A stretch of DNA of 64,000 nucleotides, from NCBI RefSeq assembly GCF_009914755.1, contig NC_060929.1. One strand, written 5' to 3'. Of this stretch, positions 58,060-64,000 are shown piece by piece. How positions within the stretch are numbered: position 1 is the stretch's first letter; each line of letters starts with the position of its first letter. A program made the translations under genes and the position numbers. This stretch comes from the human T2T-CHM13v2.0 reference genome, Homo sapiens. The notes beneath the pieces were generated by a model that worked only from the letters and a program-made list of their open reading frames with translations, had not been told where the DNA came from and searched no databases.

Positions 58060-58300
58060 AGCTTGTGGAGTCTACTGGTTTGAAGTATGAGCTTCACAGT
58101 TACATAGACTTAGGTTTGAACCTCAGTTCTGCAACTTTATGGCTGCATGAAATTAGTCAAATTATTTACGTGGGTTGAGCTTCAGTTTTTAAACTTATAA
58201 GACACAGATGGTATTATCTCATAGTGTTATTACAGAAATGAGATTCTTATAAATAAAATATTCCTGGGCATACAGTAATGCTGTATAAGTGGTAATTACT
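58060..58300 (+). mobile_element. MIR
   Basis: agacttaggtttgaacctcagttctgcaactt...gagcttcagtttttaaacttataa. Confidence 0.65.
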
Positions 58301-58546
58301 ATAACATTCGTTGTTTTTTTTTTTCTACTAGTGACCAGGCTACCACAGTGCAGACCATCAGTTAAAGAATATCTATTTGAAGGATATGTTGGAAAGTTAA
58401 AATTATTGATAATAGGTGAATATGAATAATATCCTTTTATTATATTCACTTATTATAAATATATGTAATATATAAAAATGTAAATATTAAGTACAATAAA
58501 AAGATGTATTAATTCTATCTTGATAAAGTTGTTTTTAAAAAATGTA

Positions 58547-58990
58547 ATTTGCAACAACATGAATGAACCTGGAGGACATTATGTTAAGTGAAATAATCCA
58601 GATACAAAAAGATTTCACTTATATGTGGAATCTCAAAAAGTAGAACTCGTAAAAGCAGTGAGTAGAATGGTGGTTACTGGAGACCGGAACAAGTGAGGGG
58701 GACATAGGGGAGATACTAGTCAAAGCATATAAAATGGCAATTAGACAAAAGAAATAAGTTCAAGAGGTACAACATGGTACCTATAGTAATAACAATATGT
58801 GGTATTCTCGAAAATTGCTAAGAGTAAGTAGATTTTTAAGTATTTTCACAAAAAATTATGTCAGATAATACCTATGTTAATTTACTTGGTTTAGTCATTC
58901 CGCTGTCTATACATACTTGAAAACATCATGTCATCACCATAAATACATACAATTTTTATTTTTCAATTAAATTCAAAAAGTAAAAAAAAA
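58547..58990 (+). mobile_element. L1MA (about L1MA8) 3' end
   Basis: tttgcaacaacatgaatgaacctggaggacattatgttaagtgaaataa...aaattgctaagag...cataaatacatacaatttttatt. Confidence 0.88.
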
Positions 58991-59104
58991 TGAGGTTTAG
59001 ATAAGTGTATAAAAAAAGATATTTAATTTTACAGTAAGTCCAATAAGAGGTACTATTCAACCCTTATGAAATTTTGGGTTGTTTAAAGATGTAATGAGTT
59101 CCAC

Positions 59105-60685
59105 AGGCCCTAATGAGTTTCCTGTCACTGGAAGCATTCGACCATGGGCTGATGTCCACCCTGCAGGGGCATCAGCAGAGAATTTGAGCATAGGATGAGT
59201 GTTTGATTTAGATGACCTTTGAGGTTATACTCAATCCCAAGATTCTGATTCAGCAGTTCTGTAATCAGAGTGGCAAAACTGCCAGAAAAGCTAATGGAAT
59301 CCAGCTGCCTTCAGTAAAAGCAAAGTATTAGATCAAAGGAGGTAAAATTTCTATTGTAATATTTTGATTCAGACAGCAGTTATTTTGGAGAGCAGGGAAG
59401 ATCCAGGTTTTGTGGAGCCTATGGGTTATAGTTTGTGTGTGTGTGGGGAGGGGTTCTTTAAAAATTAATAAATTACAAATGCAAATCTAAGTATAAGCAT
59501 TAATATTTAGAATGAGAAAAGTTGACAAATGCCACAAACTTTGCAACATTCGAAAATATCATTATAATGAACTGCCTAACACACCTCTAAGAAACATATG
59601 TTGACTGCGGAACTTTAGGTGACCTCATCATATAATGGCAGTTTCACAATTTTTTGTAGAAGGAAGAGAAAGATATTTCAATCTTTTAGCATAGTTGGTT
59701 GAAATTAGTTTTAATTATTGATTGCTTAAAAACACAGTTTTCAGTTTCAAAACTCATTAGTAATGTCATATCAATATTTAGGATTATTGTCAACTTAAGG
59801 AAAAGTGCTCTTTAGTTTCATATATAGTTTCATGGTGATGATACTCACTAACCAGATTGTCTTCAAATTCCTGAAGTCAGGATGCTTGAAGTGTTGGCAC
59901 AAAAGACATAGAAAGATTCCTGGAAGGCATCCCTATACTGGGACAGCTAGCAATAGCTTAACAGTCACAGAAGTAACTAAAAACCGCAGTTACATCCCAC
60001 TAAACCCCTAAAAGAGATCCCAAACTAGCCAAGTCCAAAAATGCCTGTGGCTAACACAAAGCCATCTGGCATTATCACCTAAAAGAGGAGTCTTAACCCA
60101 CTGATATCTCAATATTTTCCTTTTGCAAGTTTTACCAAACATATTCCTATGGAAACATGTTGCTCCATCCCCTCCTAAGACTGTGGAAGGGGCCCGTGTT
60201 AAGTGAAGCCCTGGAGCTCTTAGCTTCATGGTAAATAGATGCCTGTCAAAGGATGATTTTTAAAGACAAACTGGCCACTAGAATGCTAAAACCATGCAGC
60301 ATGAAAAATATCTGAGGGAATTGGGGATTTTTAGCCTGGAGCACAAAAAACCTAGAGGGATATGATTCCTGCCTTCAAATATTTGACAAACTGTCATGTA
60401 GACATTTGTCCAGCCAGTCACTCTGAGTAGCTCTCAAGGACAAAACTGAGAACAATGGGAAGAAGTTGCAAGGAAGGAGGTTTCAACTAACTATAAGATA
60501 GAACTTTCTATACAATTAAAGTTCAAAAATGGAGTGGCTTGCCATACGTAATAATGGTCTCCCTGTCACTTGAAATGTTCTACAGAGGCCAAATGTCAAG
60601 AAGACTGCTATAGATAAGATTTCAACAATGAATAGAAGTTCCGGATAAATAACTTCCAAGTTATAGTTCAGTAGCTTTTCGATGT
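59105..60685 (+). mobile_element. L3/CR1 fragments: one 3' end (59105-59250) and a second copy (59265-60685) split by a hAT element
   Basis: taatgagtttcctgtcactggaag..tagatgacctttgagg tail; gccagaaaagctaatggaatc; tttagcctggag..ccttcaaatatttga..ctccctgtcacttgaaatgttc. Confidence 0.75.
59393..60245 (-). mobile_element. Zaphod/MER115-like hAT-Tip100 DNA transposon
   Basis: cagggaagatccaggttttgtggagcct... and ...ggaaggggcccgtgttaagtgaagccctggagctcttagcttcatggtaaatagatgcctg termini. Confidence 0.75.
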
Positions 60686-61094
60686 TCCCAAGAGGTTAGA
60701 TTATCAGGGGAAAAAATCCTTCAATGTGTCTGTGGTCAGAGTAACTTACTAAGCAAATATCAAATGAAATGTTATGAAATTTTCCGTGTATATCAAATCA
60801 TACCTCTGGAAAATATGCCATAAAATTATCTAATAATGTTGAGGTCTATCCTGTAAAATCGGCTGTATGCTTGGTATCACCATACAATCCTACTCATAAC
60901 TTTTATTTGTTTGTAAATAATTTTTCTGTTGCCTTCTATGTGACAAACATGGTTATACTTGTTAGGTACTAGTAAATTATTAGTAAAACAGGTCATGATC
61001 TCTTCCTTCATGTGTCTTACAGTCAAATTATATTTCTATGTATGCAAAGTTTGTATGTTCAGGAAAGCATAAAGAGTCTATATAATTTTATTAA

Positions 61095-61295
61095 GCAGTA
61101 TCATAAAAAGCATGAGCTCTCAAATCTGAGTTCAAATCCCAGCTATTCCCCTATGAAAGCTACTTAGCCTCTTTCCATTTCAGTTTCCTCATGTATAAAA
61201 TTATACATACCCCTACAAGATTGCCATCAACACAAATTAGATAATGCCTATAAAATGTTTGGCACATAAATGCTCTGTAAACATTAGTTGTTGGT
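61095..61295 (+). mobile_element. MIR
   Basis: ctgagttcaaatcccagct...tacttagcctct..tcagtttcctcatgtataaaat. Confidence 0.75.
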
Positions 61296-62385
61296 ACTTT
61301 TAAATGTGTTGTTCACAAATCTTCTCAATGTTGTATATTGTTAAAAAAAAGAAAAAGGCTTTAAAGTAACAGGCTGTAACATTGAAGGGGCCAAAAGAGA
61401 AGCTTACATAATCCTAAAGCTATCTACTCTTCCCTGAAAATACAGTGTATTTGGAATAATTTATCCGAATAAAACTGTGGGTAAAATAATATAATCCTTA
61501 GTAATAAATGATGTAAAACCCTCTTCAGTCAAAAGCACATTTCAAGAGAAAGAAAACACTTTGAATGACTTTGTGTTAACGGTTAACTCAGTGGTTAACC
61601 GTTAAAAGATGATTCTAGCTAGTGAAAATGCCTAATGAAGACCCTTGAATACTCCTGAAGGACTTGAAATGCTTCCTGATGAGCATCACTGACACCAGAT
61701 TTTTCAGAAACTTTTATTAGCTGCTACTATCTAAAGGACCCATATTTTTGAGATTTGTGTCTGTTGTTTCAACAGTTATATAGTAACCACCTGACACAGG
61801 TTAAATTGGTTTTTTATCAAATAATTAAAACCATAGGCTTCTCAATGCAGAGGCTACCATGATTGTGCAGTTGGACTGCAATTGCATCTGATGTACCAAA
61901 AATGTCAATTATTTTTATTGATTATATTTTGTTTATAGATTCCCACAGGCAACATGACACAGAAATAATATCCCTACTACACACAAAATAATTTATGATT
62001 GTTAAAAAGAGAAACCACATTTTTCATTAGGCCAGGGTTCTGCTCTCCTGGCATTGCATCTCTCACAGCAAACACAGGAAGATTCTTAAAGTTTTGTGGG
62101 ATGTTAGAGTGTATGTGTTAAGATTCTTAAGCTTTATGGGAAGGCACAACAGTAATTGTCTTCCCTCTTCTGGCCCTTTGAGCCAATCTGACCCACACAA
62201 ACACTAAGAATCTAAGTACTTAATCAGACTGCAGCTGAAGCCCCGAGACCTCCCTTCATTATCCCAGTTTCAGATTCTGCATCTGCTCAGCCCTAACCCT
62301 TAACACTTTGGCTACACTGAAATCTTTTACCAGCTTGTCTTTTGGGTTTCAGTCCTTGCAGCCTGCTTTCCCTAATGGATTATGT

Positions 62386-63000
62386 TTGTATTTGTCAAAC
62401 TTTTGATTGCAAGTTACAGAAACCCAACTCAGACTTGGTTAATAAAACTTTTATTAGCTCATGTAACTGAAAGTGCAGGTTTCACACACAGCTTAGATCA
62501 GGGGCTCAGACTATGTCTCTGGCCTCTCTTCATCACTGGCCTTTGTTTTCCTATGGGTTGACCTTTATTTTCAGCCCCATTACTGAAAACAGTTCCTGCT
62601 TTTTGCTGTGTTAAGACTTGGAATTTAGCCTCTTTTTCCATACTGGCTTATATGCCCACCCTAAGATTAAGGATGAGGTGGGATCACCACATTCAGAAGA
62701 CCTAAACTAAGTTTGCAAGAAGGATGGTTCACTGCAGGAAAATCAGCTAGCGTATATTGAAGGAATAGGATGATGATTCTCAAGTTTTTTTATGCATTAG
62801 AATCACACTTGTTAAAACACAGATTGCTGGGCCCTACCCATAGAGTTTCTGATTTAGTAGATTTGGAATGGGGCCTAATAATTTGCATTTTTAGTAAGTG
62901 TCTGAGTGATTTCTCCTGTTGCTGGCCCAAGGACTAAACCTAGCTAGCCACTGGAATAGGAAATAAAAAGCTAGTTGTATAAAACATCAGATGTCCACTG
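62386..63000 (-). mobile_element. Old MLT1 (J/K/L-like) LTR split by MER5A
   Basis: ttgcaagttacagaaacccaactcagacttgg...tttattagctcatgtaactgaaag...gatcaggggctca. Confidence 0.7.
62771..62953. mobile_element. MER5A hAT-Charlie MITE
   Basis: gcattagaatcac..cttgttaaaacacagattgctgggccc..gtttctgatttagtag..aatttgcattttt; perfect 8-bp TSD GAATAGGA at 62763-62770 and 62954-62961. Confidence 0.92.
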
Positions 63001-63511
63001 TATTTATTGACCATATTCCTATGGTATATGGCCTGCTCCACTGCCTCAGTTAAGAGCTTGTGTTGTTGCCCTTAATCCCACAGAAATTCTCTTCAATCTC
63101 ACACATAGGCCACTTGGCCAGTGTCCTAGCCAAACAGTTGAGCTTGTAAAAACCTATGGAATCATTCATCAAAATTATGATCATATCTCCCAATATTCCA
63201 TTTTACAGATCTATATTGGGCCCTTGTGACTCATAGTACTCTTTACTAAATATTGCAGGAATTTGCTTTTCAAACTATGGACTTTATACTGTCCTTCTTG
63301 ATACCTCCTGTATTAGAACCACAGGAGCCATCAGTTAAAAATACTGATTATTTGGTGACAATTGAGACCTGTTTATCAAGAATGTTTGTGGCTATGATCT
63401 TAGAATCTAGAATTTTAACCAAAAGTGTATTAGTTTTTTTATCTATTACAATTTGAAAATTTAAAAGGTATATGGTTTTTGCCTTCACCAGATTTCTAAA
63501 CACCACTGATA

Positions 63512-63710
63512 CCAGATTTCTCAACCTTGATTGCAGAATAGATTCACCTGGGGAAGAAAAAGCAGTATCTGGATCCTACCCCAAAACCAATTAATTATGA
63601 ATCTCAGGAGATGGGGCCTGGAAATCTGTAATAAACTAACTTCTCTAAGAATAGAAGTTTCCACGTGAGAAATAACTTGATTCCATCTGGGGTAGTTAAA
63701 GAGAAATCTA
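63512..63710. mobile_element. MER5-type MITE fragment
   Basis: tttctcaaccttgattgca..ttcacctgggga..accaattaatt..gaatctcaggagatggggcctgg. Confidence 0.6.
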
Positions 63711-64000
63711 AGTTTTAAATTTATAAACGCTATAGTTCGAATAAACGTTCCAGAATCGCTGGAATTTCAGGGTTACAAGTTTTATGCTATTAAAAAAATA
63801 CTATTTTACATAGCAGATCTTAAATAATATGACAAGTTTCAACAGGTGAGGTTGTTTTTTGTTGTTGTTTTGTTTACAAAAAATGTTAGCTTAATGTAGG
63901 AAAGATAAATAGTAATTTTTAGGTAATTTTGTCAAATTTATCTTTTACATGTTTATAACTTTCTTGAAAATACCTCAGTGTATACAATGGGATGTTTTGT

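Overview
This is AT-rich, repeat-dense primate genomic DNA (AluY present, so catarrhine and probably human) that looks intronic or intergenic. I found no credible protein-coding exon: the listed ORFs are either decayed retroelement frames (L1 ORF2, MaLR internal ORF, Alu) or short chance ORFs. Much of the window is recognisable interspersed repeat: Alu, L1PA/L1M, L2, L3/CR1, MIR, MaLR/ERVL LTRs including a two-LTR MST provirus, and Tigger/mariner/hAT derivatives. The highlight is a U6 snRNA/L1 chimeric retrocopy on the minus strand (about 32048-36267): a full-length U6 ending in T5 joined directly to an L1PA that starts at the end of ORF1 and keeps the whole ORF2 region. Such chimeras are a known class, not a new system. 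Other observations are two end-to-end LTR fusions (5'-5' hairpin at 6779-6911, 3'-3' at 43940-44232), an old MLT1 LTR that is unusually CpG-rich and carries promoter motifs plus a splice donor, a probable local templated copy of an L1 segment, and unexplained hairpins. Family names come from my recall of consensus sequences, with no database search, so subfamily calls and boundaries of old elements are approximate.
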